Sequence record: OR699282.2
DNA: 64,000 bases
Direction: 5' to 3' (one strand)
Source: Escherichia phage BAU.Micro_ELP-22
Shown here: positions 55,736 to 64,000 of the stretch, in pieces
Numbering within the stretch: the stretch's first letter is position 1
How the letters are laid out: the number at the start of each line of letters is the position of its first letter
Position numbers and translations under genes: made by a program
Notes under the pieces: model-generated
Seen by the model: only the letters and a program-made list of their open reading frames with translations
The model's database searches: none
What the model was told of the DNA's origin: nothing

Positions 55736-56515
55736 TTAACGTATACGTTCAGGAATATCAATACCTTCATATACCCAAATTGCAGCTTGTTGTGCTTTAT
55801 AAATTGCATCAGGATCTAAATCATCAACCGCATCAATTGCAGAACACTGTTTATCACATTCGGTAAACAATTGCTCAATCATTGCAAATGCTTCAGTATA
55901 TAGTTGTGTCATTTCAGCAGCAGATAATTTAACAATTGCATCATCAAGAAAAATAGAAACACTTTCAGAGCCTGAAGTGACTTGTGTATAATAATTAAGA
56001 AGCATTTGACGACCAGACATATCAGTACTGTAACGATGACCATTGAACATATAACCAGAATTCATACGATTTGTACGTTCTGATATAGTTCTTGCTTTTA
56101 AATCAGCTTTAACATCTGCTATTGGCATATCAATATAATGATATGTTTTAAGAACAGTTAGTGCTTTATATTCTTCGGTAGCGTCTTCTAAAAATTCAAC
56201 AATAGGTTGATTTTCATCTTTTAATTTAATAAACTCCAACGGTTGTTCAATAGCATTAACATTTCCAACATTTTTATACACTAACCACCAAAAACCTTCT
56301 TCTTTTCTAACAGCATCATTAGGTTCTACTGGGGAACCATCTTTACTTGAAATACCATAAAGAGTTCTAATATCACTATAAAGATAACGATAGGTTTGTG
56401 GATCTTCTGGTGTTGCACCAGGACGTTCTTTAAGTCCTTTTACACCAATTGGATTGGAAATAATGTTTCCCAATTCATAATTTTCTTTTGAATTTCCTTT
56501 CACATATGTGAACAT
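55736..56515 (-). CDS. hypothetical protein (259 aa), possible fibre assembly/chaperone by position
   Basis: ORF immediately downstream of the giant fibre gene; no motif. Confidence 0.45.
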   Translation of the reverse strand: MFTYVKGNSKENYELGNIISNPIGVKGLKERPGATPEDPQTYRYLYSDIRTLYGISSKDGSPVEPNDAVRKEEGFWWLVYKNVGNVNAIEQPLEFIKLKDENQPIVEFLEDATEEYKALTVLKTYHYIDMPIADVKADLKARTISERTNRMNSGYMFNGHRYSTDMSGRQMLLNYYTQVTSGSESVSIFLDDAIVKLSAAEMTQLYTEAFAMIEQLFTECDKQCSAIDAVDDLDPDAIYKAQQAAIWVYEGIDIPERIR

Positions 56516-56579
56516 ATAACTACCTCACTTGTTATGATGGTGTCACCCAAAATGAGTGACACCTTTATTATTATAATTA

Positions 56580-59500
56580 TTAAGCTGTACGTTGTGCAAT
56601 AAACATATCTGCTACTGGACTCACACCGTCATAAATGACTTGGTAAATGGTCACACTACCAGCAGTTTTGTTTAGAGTTCCATCAACAACCGCATAAGTA
56701 CCGTCAGTAGTAAAGTTTCTATTACCTGTTGCATCTTGTTTTACATAAATGTATACTGAAGATGCTTTACCACCACCAATTAGACCAGTGATTGGTGCTA
56801 GAGTTGTATCTTGATCTAGAGTGATAAAGTATACGTTGCTAGTACCGTCTGGGGTCCAAGTACCAGTTGGTGCGATAACAGAAGAAGTTACTTGATTAGG
56901 AATAACATCATATTTTTTAGTAGTTACTGTTGTAGTAGTTAGGTCAGCATTAGTAGTTGTTAATTGACCAGTTACAGTTACATCTTTATCAAATACCGCA
57001 TTTTCTTTGAAAGAAGATGTTGCATTGACAGTTAATGTATCAGCAGCAGCGTCACCTAAAACAACACTACCATTTGCAGTCATTAAACCAGTAACAGTTA
57101 AAGTACCACCGATGGTTGCTGCTCCAGTAACAGATGCACTAGCAAGTGTTGCTGCACCAGAAGTAGTAATGGTAGTTACTGAAGTTGCTGCTAGGGTTGC
57201 AGTACCTGTTGCAGAAATATCACCACCAACAGTTAGGTTACCAGAAGTAATTCCAACGGTTCCAGTAATGTTAGCACCACTTGACATTGTTACTGCACCA
57301 CCAAATGAACCAGTAGTAGTTACTTCAAGGGTGTTCCCTTTTAGTAGACCAGTTGCAGTAATACTTGTACCTGCGGTAATGCTAGTACCAGCAGCAACAC
57401 TGTTGGTTGCAGTTAATGATTTAACAGCTACATCAGAGTTTGCTTGGTTTAGTGTTGCGTTTAGAAGACCAGTTACTGTAAAGTTACCGTTGTTAACTAC
57501 GTTACCATTGATTGTTAAGTTGTTGTTTTGTGAACCAACATCACCAATAGTTGCTGATTTGGAAATCAACTCTGCACCAGAAGTAATGTTACCCGCTGCA
57601 CTAATAGTGTCAGCCGCAACAACTGCATAAGGTTCAATTGTTTGACCACTAACGTCAATATCAGCGTTGATACCACCATCTACACGCAAGGAGCCTGCAA
57701 TGTAAGTATTAGGGAAAATCTGAACTGTCTCTGGTTGATCACCAATTTTAGTACCAATAATAACATCAGAACCAGTTTTAACTGCACCAGAGGTTGTTAG
57801 AGAACCTAAAGTTGTAGCACCAGTTACGCCTAATGTTCCACCAATTGTTGCGTTATTGGTAACTGCTAATGCAGCACCTTCACCATTAAGAGCGATTGAT
57901 GGAGCAGATACTGCACCAGTTACGCCTAATGTTCCACCAATTGTTGCGTTGCCATCTGAATGTAGAGTTGTAGCTACAGAAAGACTGTTAGCAACTACAT
58001 CAGTACTAGCTAAATCCAATGCACCTGGGGTTAATGTACCAGTAATGTTAACATTATTACCAAAGGTTGCTGCACCAGTCACATCTAGTGTAGTACTAAA
58101 TGTACCAGAGGTTGCAGAGATTGCACCTGAATCTAGTGATCCAACAGTTGCTTTACCAGTTACACCTAAAGTTCCACCAACAGTTCCATTTGTGGTTACA
58201 TCCAATGTACCAGTACTTAGTTCTTGTGCGGTTACCTTACCGGATGCAGTAACAGTTGAAGTGGAAACGCCACCAGTTAGAGTACTAGCACCAGTAACAC
58301 TTAATGTGGTTGCAGCAGTTACGCTATTTACGCTAAGATCAGCACCGGATAAGTCCAAACCACCTTCAGGAACAAATACACCCTTAACAGTTAGTTTTTG
58401 TACTGTACTATCACCTGTTACATCCAAGGTAGAAGCAGTTAAACCACCATTCATACTTGCTGCACCAGTAACACCTAGTGTAGTGGTTACAGTAGCACTA
58501 TTAAGTGTTGAACTACCAGAAATATTAGCACTAGGAGCAGTAATAGTTCCAGAATCAACTTGTATACCACCTGCAACAACCTGAATTCCACCAGCATTAA
58601 CTGTTAGTTTACCAGCAGTATTCAATGTATTTGAAACTGTTGTTGCACCAGTTAAAGTTGTAGTACCAGTTACACCTAAGTTACCAGAAATAGATGGACT
58701 ACCTGTAATATTACCAGTAGTTAGTATCAAATCAGTACCTACGGTAGTGGAGCCAGTACTTTCTAGTGTTACACCAACGATGTTTGCAGAACTTAGGTTA
58801 ATAGTACCATCAACAGTTAAGTTACCTTGAACGGTTGCATCACCTAGAGAAGTTAATGTCTTCACAGACACATCAGTTGTGCTAAGATCAATAACACCCG
58901 CAGTTAGTGTTCCAGATACTGCTAAATTACCAGTAATCGCGGTATTTTTAGTAATGGATACATTTTCTGCCGCTGAAGTAATAGAACCAACAGTAAGTAC
59001 ACCACCAACAGTTGCGTTATTAGTTACATTTAGAGCAGTTCCAACACCAGATAGTGTTGCTGACCCACCAGTAATTGCACCTGAGATTGAAGCTGTTGCT
59101 GCTGAAACATCACCAGAAACTACTGCATTTGTTGCATTTAGAGCAGACACTGTTACTTCAGTACTTTGAACTTTAGGTAGAACGTTGATACCTTCTGCAC
59201 TACTAACTGTAATAATACCAGTACTTGTTATAGATTTAACAGATACATCAGCACCACTTAAATCAACTGTACCAGAAACAACAAGATCTCCACCAATATT
59301 TGCTCCAGCGGTAGTAGTAATGGATTTTGCACTTACATCAGTTGTGCTCAAATCAATTGCACCTGGTGTTACTGTACCAGAAACTGTTAGGTCACCAGTA
59401 ATAGATGTATTATTGGAAATAGATACACCATCAACGTTACTAATTGTTGGGGTTTCTACAGAAACTGCTTTAACTTTACCTGAAGAAGTTACGTCAGCTA

Positions 59501-62105
59501 CGGTAGATGCACCAGTAACATTCAAATTAGTAATATTTGCAGTTGTTGAACCAAGGGTTGCAATAGTTGCATCAGTACTTTGAAGTTTAGGTAGAACACT
59601 ACTAATTGTGGATTCATTACTAACAATTGCACCAGTACTAGTTAAAGATTTGACAGTAACATCAGCCGTAGTAAGATCTACTGTACCATTAACAGTTAGG
59701 TTACCACCAATAGTTGCACCAGCAGTAGTAGTAATGGATTTAGCATTAACATCAGTTGTTGCTAGATCGATAGAGCCTGGAATAACTGCACCAGTAACGG
59801 TTAGGTCACCAGTTACATTTGTATTATTGGAAATAGTGACACCACTTGCATTTGAAATGGTTGGGGTAACCAACGATGCAGTTGTAGTTTCACCAGTTAC
59901 AGTTAAAGTTGACCCAACTAGAACAGATGAGCTTGAGTAAATTGTACCCAAATTAGCAGATCCGGAAACAGTTATATCATCAGCATTAACAGTAGTTGCC
60001 GTTATGGTAGTACTATTAAGTACTGGAAGTACGTTAGCATTAACAAGATCATTACTTTTAACAATACCAGAAGTAGTTAATGATTTAACATTAAGGTCGG
60101 CTGCTGATAAATCAAAAGAGCCTTGAACTACTAAATCACCACCAATAGTTGCACCAGCAGTAGTAGTGATTGATTTAGCATTAATATCGGTAGTGCTCAA
60201 GTCTAGAGAACCAACAGTTAAGCTACCAGTAATATCAACATTTTCTGTAAAGTTAGTATTACCACTAATAGTTGGTGCAGTCAGAGTTGTTGCACTAATA
60301 TTAGTACCGTTAATTGTTTGCCCACTTACAGTTCCACTCGCAGTGATAGTAGGAGCCGTTACTTCAGTAGATGCACTAATTGTTGGTGCAGATACAGAAG
60401 TTGTACCAGTAATAGAACCAGAACTTACTGAACCAGCGGATAATGCACCAGAAAGAGTTGCAGTTGTACCAGCAATATCACCAGTAACAGTTAGTTTAGC
60501 ACCCACGGTAGTGTTACCAGTACTTTCAAGTGTTGCACCTTTAATATTTGCTGCCGCGACAACAGAATTAGGTGTTAGATCCTGACCACTAACATCAACA
60601 GTTAGTCCAGTTACTGTTCCAGTAAATTCAACATCATTAAGAATTGCTTTACCACCAACTTGTAGGAATGGTGTACCTGGAGCTTGTGTTTCGTTACCAG
60701 TAATAGTTAGGTAATCTAGTTTGTTTAGACCGTTACCAGTAATACCATAAGTGGAAAGAGAAGCGTTACCGAAAGTTGCTGTTTTAAGAACGTTCAATGT
60801 AGAAGGAGAAACAACTTCTGATTGAACTTCGTTAGGTAGAATAACTGTTGGGCGTTGACCTGGTGCAGTATATCCAAAACCTAGTTTCACTGCCGCATCT
60901 TGACTATTTTGACCTAAGCTGATAGCTTTAAAGGATGCAGTACTGTTATAACCAGTAATATTAGAACCAAGAGTAACACCACCAACTAATGAAGTTACAC
61001 CAGTAACGTTCAAAGATACTGCATTGATATCGTCTAGTTGGAACGTTCCACCAAGAAGTCCAGAAACATTAATGTTATTAAAATTAGCAGTACCAGTACT
61101 TTCGATATTTGGAATAGTTGCAGTTCCGGTTACTTCAAAGTCCGCAACTTTAGTTTTGCCTTTTTGAACTTCTAATAGTGGTGTGTCTGGTGATTGTGTA
61201 TTGTTACCAGAAACTGTTAGATAATCTAATTTGTTTAGACCATTACCAGTAATACCATAAGAAGATAATGACGCATTACCAAAAGAAGCAGAGGTCAATA
61301 CTGTCAAGTTTGCAGGTGACATTAGCTCGGACTGAATTTCGTTTTGTAGAATAACAGTTGGGCGTTTACCAGGAGCAGTGTAAGGGAAGCTTAATCTGAA
61401 GGTTTGTGATTCAGAGTTAGAACCAATACGAATGTCTTTAAAAGTAGCAGTACTGTTAATACCAGTTACGTTAGCACCGAAAGTTACTGCACCTTGTTGG
61501 TTAGATGCACCAGTAACGTTCAATGTTACTGCATTTAAGTCAGATAGATTAAACTCACCACCAAGTGTACCACTAATTGTCACATCTTTAAATGTAGCAG
61601 TACCAGTACTACTAATATCTGTTGTACTTACATTAGTAATTTCTGCGGTATTAGCAGTAATTTTATCAAATGCAGCAGTAGTCCCAACATCAGCAGTAAT
61701 ATTACCTTTAAATGCTGTTGTTTCAGCAACTTCTAAGTTTTTAACTTTAGTTGCTTGTAGAGTGGTTGTACCAGCAGTTTGTGTAAAATCAGAACCAACT
61801 GATACAGTACCGTTAAAGGTAGCGTTTGAATTAATTGTTGCTGTATCAGACCCGACAACTGCACTACCGATTGTAGTATTACCCTCAACACCAAGACCAC
61901 CAGAAAGTGTTGCTTTGCCACCTACATCTAAAGTAGATGTAATATTGGCAGTTGATGATTCAATGGCAGTAAAAGTTGCATTTGCAAAAGTTACAGTACC
62001 ATTTACAGTTAGGTTATTATTGAAAACAGCATTTCCTTTGACTAAAAGATCCTTACCAACCGTACCAGCACCAGTAATATCTAAGTCAGTTTTTATTGAG
62101 TACAT
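56580..62105 (-). CDS. giant repeat-rich tail fibre / adhesin (1841 aa)
   Basis: Continuous minus-strand ORF, extremely Thr/Gly/Ser/Val/Asn-rich; ATG with GGAGGG RBS; two about 180-aa tandem repeats and four or more about 140-aa repeats (TTDVNAKSITTTAGATIGGDLVV.G..DLS.ADLNVKSLT.SG). Confidence 0.7.
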   Translation of the reverse strand: MYSIKTDLDITGAGTVGKDLLVKGNAVFNNNLTVNGTVTFANATFTAIESSTANITSTLDVGGKATLSGGLGVEGNTTIGSAVVGSDTATINSNATFNGTVSVGSDFTQTAGTTTLQATKVKNLEVAETTAFKGNITADVGTTAAFDKITANTAEITNVSTTDISSTGTATFKDVTISGTLGGEFNLSDLNAVTLNVTGASNQQGAVTFGANVTGINSTATFKDIRIGSNSESQTFRLSFPYTAPGKRPTVILQNEIQSELMSPANLTVLTSASFGNASLSSYGITGNGLNKLDYLTVSGNNTQSPDTPLLEVQKGKTKVADFEVTGTATIPNIESTGTANFNNINVSGLLGGTFQLDDINAVSLNVTGVTSLVGGVTLGSNITGYNSTASFKAISLGQNSQDAAVKLGFGYTAPGQRPTVILPNEVQSEVVSPSTLNVLKTATFGNASLSTYGITGNGLNKLDYLTITGNETQAPGTPFLQVGGKAILNDVEFTGTVTGLTVDVSGQDLTPNSVVAAANIKGATLESTGNTTVGAKLTVTGDIAGTTATLSGALSAGSVSSGSITGTTSVSAPTISASTEVTAPTITASGTVSGQTINGTNISATTLTAPTISGNTNFTENVDITGSLTVGSLDLSTTDINAKSITTTAGATIGGDLVVQGSFDLSAADLNVKSLTTSGIVKSNDLVNANVLPVLNSTTITATTVNADDITVSGSANLGTIYSSSSVLVGSTLTVTGETTTASLVTPTISNASGVTISNNTNVTGDLTVTGAVIPGSIDLATTDVNAKSITTTAGATIGGNLTVNGTVDLTTADVTVKSLTSTGAIVSNESTISSVLPKLQSTDATIATLGSTTANITNLNVTGASTVADVTSSGKVKAVSVETPTISNVDGVSISNNTSITGDLTVSGTVTPGAIDLSTTDVSAKSITTTAGANIGGDLVVSGTVDLSGADVSVKSITSTGIITVSSAEGINVLPKVQSTEVTVSALNATNAVVSGDVSAATASISGAITGGSATLSGVGTALNVTNNATVGGVLTVGSITSAAENVSITKNTAITGNLAVSGTLTAGVIDLSTTDVSVKTLTSLGDATVQGNLTVDGTINLSSANIVGVTLESTGSTTVGTDLILTTGNITGSPSISGNLGVTGTTTLTGATTVSNTLNTAGKLTVNAGGIQVVAGGIQVDSGTITAPSANISGSSTLNSATVTTTLGVTGAASMNGGLTASTLDVTGDSTVQKLTVKGVFVPEGGLDLSGADLSVNSVTAATTLSVTGASTLTGGVSTSTVTASGKVTAQELSTGTLDVTTNGTVGGTLGVTGKATVGSLDSGAISATSGTFSTTLDVTGAATFGNNVNITGTLTPGALDLASTDVVANSLSVATTLHSDGNATIGGTLGVTGAVSAPSIALNGEGAALAVTNNATIGGTLGVTGATTLGSLTTSGAVKTGSDVIIGTKIGDQPETVQIFPNTYIAGSLRVDGGINADIDVSGQTIEPYAVVAADTISAAGNITSGAELISKSATIGDVGSQNNNLTINGNVVNNGNFTVTGLLNATLNQANSDVAVKSLTATNSVAAGTSITAGTSITATGLLKGNTLEVTTTGSFGGAVTMSSGANITGTVGITSGNLTVGGDISATGTATLAATSVTTITTSGAATLASASVTGAATIGGTLTVTGLMTANGSVVLGDAAADTLTVNATSSFKENAVFDKDVTVTGQLTTTNADLTTTTVTTKKYDVIPNQVTSSVIAPTGTWTPDGTSNVYFITLDQDTTLAPITGLIGGGKASSVYIYVKQDATGNRNFTTDGTYAVVDGTLNKTAGSVTIYQVIYDGVSPVADMFIAQRTA
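57817..57950. repeat. 38-bp exact direct repeat pair inside the giant fibre gene
   Basis: gcaccagttacgcctaatgttccaccaattgttgcgtt at about 57817-57854 and 57913-57950. Confidence 0.6.
58780..60300. repeat. four or more tandem copies of an about 420-bp coding repeat unit
   Basis: Recurring acatcagttgtgct(c/a)a(a/g)atc...accagtaat... blocks at about 58.85, 59.3, 59.7 and 60.15 kb. Confidence 0.5.
60640..61720. repeat. two tandem about 540-bp coding repeats (about 75-80% identical by eye)
   Basis: Blocks beginning at about 60640 and 61180 share long collinear stretches (ttgtttagacc(g/a)ttaccagtaataccataag...gttgggcgtt...). Confidence 0.55.
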
Positions 62106-62202
62106 TTATACCCTCCATTATAACCTTGTTAATATGTATATATTTAGTTTTATTATGCTGTTATCCAACAATTAATATGTTATTTGACAAAAGCAAATAT
62201 AA

Positions 62203-62236
62203 TAAAAAACCAGACTTATTTAGAACAAGTCTGGTT
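62203..62236 (-). terminator. intrinsic terminator on minus strand
   Basis: 10-bp perfect stem aaccagactt/aagtctggtt with T-runs on both strands, after the 62244 gene. Confidence 0.6.
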
Positions 62237-62243
62237 AATTTTT

Positions 62244-63140
62244 TTACTTACCAGAGATTACAATCTTACCACTGAAAGAAATATCAGAAGTGAAGATTAC
62301 ATCACCAGTACTACTAATTTGTGTATCAGTCACTACCAATTCAAATGGAGATGACGCAACACTCCCAGGTGTTTTATTTGCATAAATTGAAATATACAAA
62401 TTATCTGGTGTTTGATTGTGTTCAGATGCAGGAATAGTGATTGTAAAATCACCAGCACTAGAAACCCAATCTGCTTGGTTTACCAATTTACTATAAGGTA
62501 CTGTCATTGTTGTTGCTCCTATAATGTTTACTTTAACACTTGCATAATCTGTGATTTGACCAATCACATCAATTGTTATATCCCCAATACCACTAACTGT
62601 TACTGTGGTTTGGAATACTGATTCCAATGCAACATTACCTGGGTCACCTTGTAGTTGGATCATAATATCAGAACCTCTACCATGAACTGATTCTGGTAGT
62701 GTGTAAGTATAATGATCAGTAGTATCTGGTACTAATGTAAATGCAGAAACAGGAACTATTTCAGTAGTTACATATGAACTATCAGTCCCAGGTGAGCTAC
62801 CTTTAAATGGTTTCCAAATACCAAGATCTTTAATATAAATTTGAAGAACATTAGTACTATCAACCAAAAAGTAAACGTCACCATCTAGACCGATTGAATC
62901 GGATGGTGCTGTTGTTCCACGTAAGATACCAGAACTACCACCACCACTGTGTGCGTTTAAATATCCCAATGTAACCAAGTGTGTGTTTGCAGTTGGTTCA
63001 CCTGCTGAAATTGGAAGAAGTTGTGTTCCTGAGTAGTTTTGAATTTGCACAACACTACCATTTGTGGTAATCTGTGCACCATTCTTCCCAAGAATGAAGG
63101 ACTTCTTCATGGTTCCTTCTAAATTAGAAAAAACTGCCAT
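62244..63140 (-). CDS. tail fibre / receptor-binding-like protein (298 aa)
   Basis: Ser/Thr/Gly-rich; ATG with AAGGAGA RBS. Confidence 0.5.
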   Translation of the reverse strand: MAVFSNLEGTMKKSFILGKNGAQITTNGSVVQIQNYSGTQLLPISAGEPTANTHLVTLGYLNAHSGGGSSGILRGTTAPSDSIGLDGDVYFLVDSTNVLQIYIKDLGIWKPFKGSSPGTDSSYVTTEIVPVSAFTLVPDTTDHYTYTLPESVHGRGSDIMIQLQGDPGNVALESVFQTTVTVSGIGDITIDVIGQITDYASVKVNIIGATTMTVPYSKLVNQADWVSSAGDFTITIPASEHNQTPDNLYISIYANKTPGSVASSPFELVVTDTQISSTGDVIFTSDISFSGKIVISGK

Positions 63141-63156
63141 TTTAATATAATCTCCT

Positions 63157-64000
63157 TTATGGTAGGGTTATGTAAGTTACGGGTTGGGCAGCTTTTAATG
63201 CTGCACCAGCGGCAGTTGCTGTTATGATAGGATCTGCAATATCAATTCTATATACGTTGTTTACAACATACACTGCACGAGTTATATACGTTCTCAAATC
63301 ACCACCATTTTCACCAGCACCGGATATAATGATCTCAGTACCAGCAGCTTTTGCATATTGGTTTTCACCCCATGACACACCCAATGCTTCTATGTATGTT
63401 TGTCCTACTACCGTTTGTCTAATTGTGTCATATTTTCCGAAAAAAGAACCACCAACAGTTACAATATATTTTCCACCCGATTGTTTATGAATAATCGTGC
63501 CTTCAGAGAAATAGCGTCCCCCAGGAAAAGTATCGTATGGAATATAATATTGCTCAACTACAGGTATCAGTACTGGGCCACGGTGACCTGTACCATCGAT
63601 TGCAGTTGTAACTTTAAAGTTATTAGATGATTGGTCTATTCTGTCTACATACATTTTAGAAAAACTATATTTTGAAACATTACAATCATCTTGAACAACA
63701 CAGTTAGTCCAATTAGTATAAGTATATTTAGAGCGAGTATAGATACCACCACCTTCGCCTTCGGTAGAGAGGTGTTGACCAATTACATCTAATTCTTTAG
63801 TTCTAATATCACTAAATTTAGATGATGATGGCAAACCACGCCAAAGGATTTTAGAACAGGTGATATTGCTCAATTCTGTATTATTTAACCAATTATCAGA
63901 ACCGGAAGTATAAACAAGTATAGAAGACTCTGGAATATAGAGATTAGAAATTTTAAAGTTTCTAGGTGGTCCAGCAAAACGACCAGAAGTTACACCCCAG
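63157..64000 (-). CDS. structural protein, 5'-partial (runs off the window end)
   Basis: Minus-strand frame is open from 63157 to the window edge; the ORF-track start at 63873 is an internal TTG. Confidence 0.45.
   Translation of the reverse strand, partial: WGVTSGRFAGPPRNFKISNLYIPESSILVYTSGSDNWLNNTELSNITCSKILWRGLPSSSKFSDIRTKELDVIGQHLSTEGEGGGIYTRSKYTYTNWTNCVVQDDCNVSKYSFSKMYVDRIDQSSNNFKVTTAIDGTGHRGPVLIPVVEQYYIPYDTFPGGRYFSEGTIIHKQSGGKYIVTVGGSFFGKYDTIRQTVVGQTYIEALGVSWGENQYAKAAGTEIIISGAGENGGDLRTYITRAVYVVNNVYRIDIADPIITATAAGAALKAAQPVTYITLP

Noticed and set aside
56580-62105. Possible CRISPR array suggested by the many direct repeats
   Set aside because: Repeats are long (38 bp to about 540 bp), imperfect and in-frame within one continuous ORF; there is no short repeat-spacer periodicity and no cas gene.
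57007-62175. Many + strand ORFs (57007-57630, 57856-58584, 58879-59169, 59185-59583, 59608-59940, 60166-60585, 61432-62175)
   Set aside because: All lie antisense to the 1841-aa minus-strand fibre gene; their Pro/Val/Thr/Ala-rich translations are the expected antisense readout of repetitive Thr/Gly/Asn codons, with no RBS or independent signals.
62412-63630. + strand ORFs 62412-62621, 63224-63490 and 63400-63630
   Set aside because: Antisense to minus-strand structural genes with RBS-supported starts; Cys/Ile/Tyr-rich low-complexity translations.

Overview
This window reads as a densely coding segment of a large virulent myovirus genome, AT-rich and related to T4-like phages of a Gram-negative host. 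All calls come from reading the supplied six-frame translations and the DNA by eye; no database search, alignment or folding was run, and comparisons to T4 or E. coli proteins are from memory. Coordinates of promoters, terminators and repeats are approximate (about +/-2 nt). Plus strand, 1-51.9 kb: anaerobic ribonucleotide reductase nrdD and nrdG; a T4-type late promoter in front of an array of paralogous large fibre/adhesin-like proteins; three to four tandem small paralogs; a Pol-beta-type nucleotidyltransferase; a W/Y-rich putative glycan-degrading structural protein; an i-/o-spanin pair; a free-standing HNH endonuclease; a promoter/terminator-bounded locus of about 520 nt with no ORF; many small acidic ORFs; an auxiliary module (2H phosphoesterase, membrane-anchored LysM-GH24 lysozyme, ribosome hibernation factor, CCA-adding enzyme, frameshifted NUDIX hydrolase, glutaredoxin, macro domain, Pth2-like protein); dNMP kinase; contractile tail sheath and tube paralogs; acidic repeat proteins; a MoxR/CobS-like AAA+ ATPase with an HExxH-vWA partner behind tandem consensus promoters; and thymidylate synthase. 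Minus strand, 51.9-64 kb: a convergent tail-fibre cluster including a 1841-aa repeat-rich giant fibre. No tRNA, rRNA, CRISPR array or integrase/transposase was recognised. The strongest candidates for something undescribed are the non-coding locus at 19.3-19.8 kb, the scattered set of RNA-repair and ADP-ribose-type enzymes at 25.8-32.9 kb, and the highly expressed ATPase/vWA pair at 46.5-49.3 kb.
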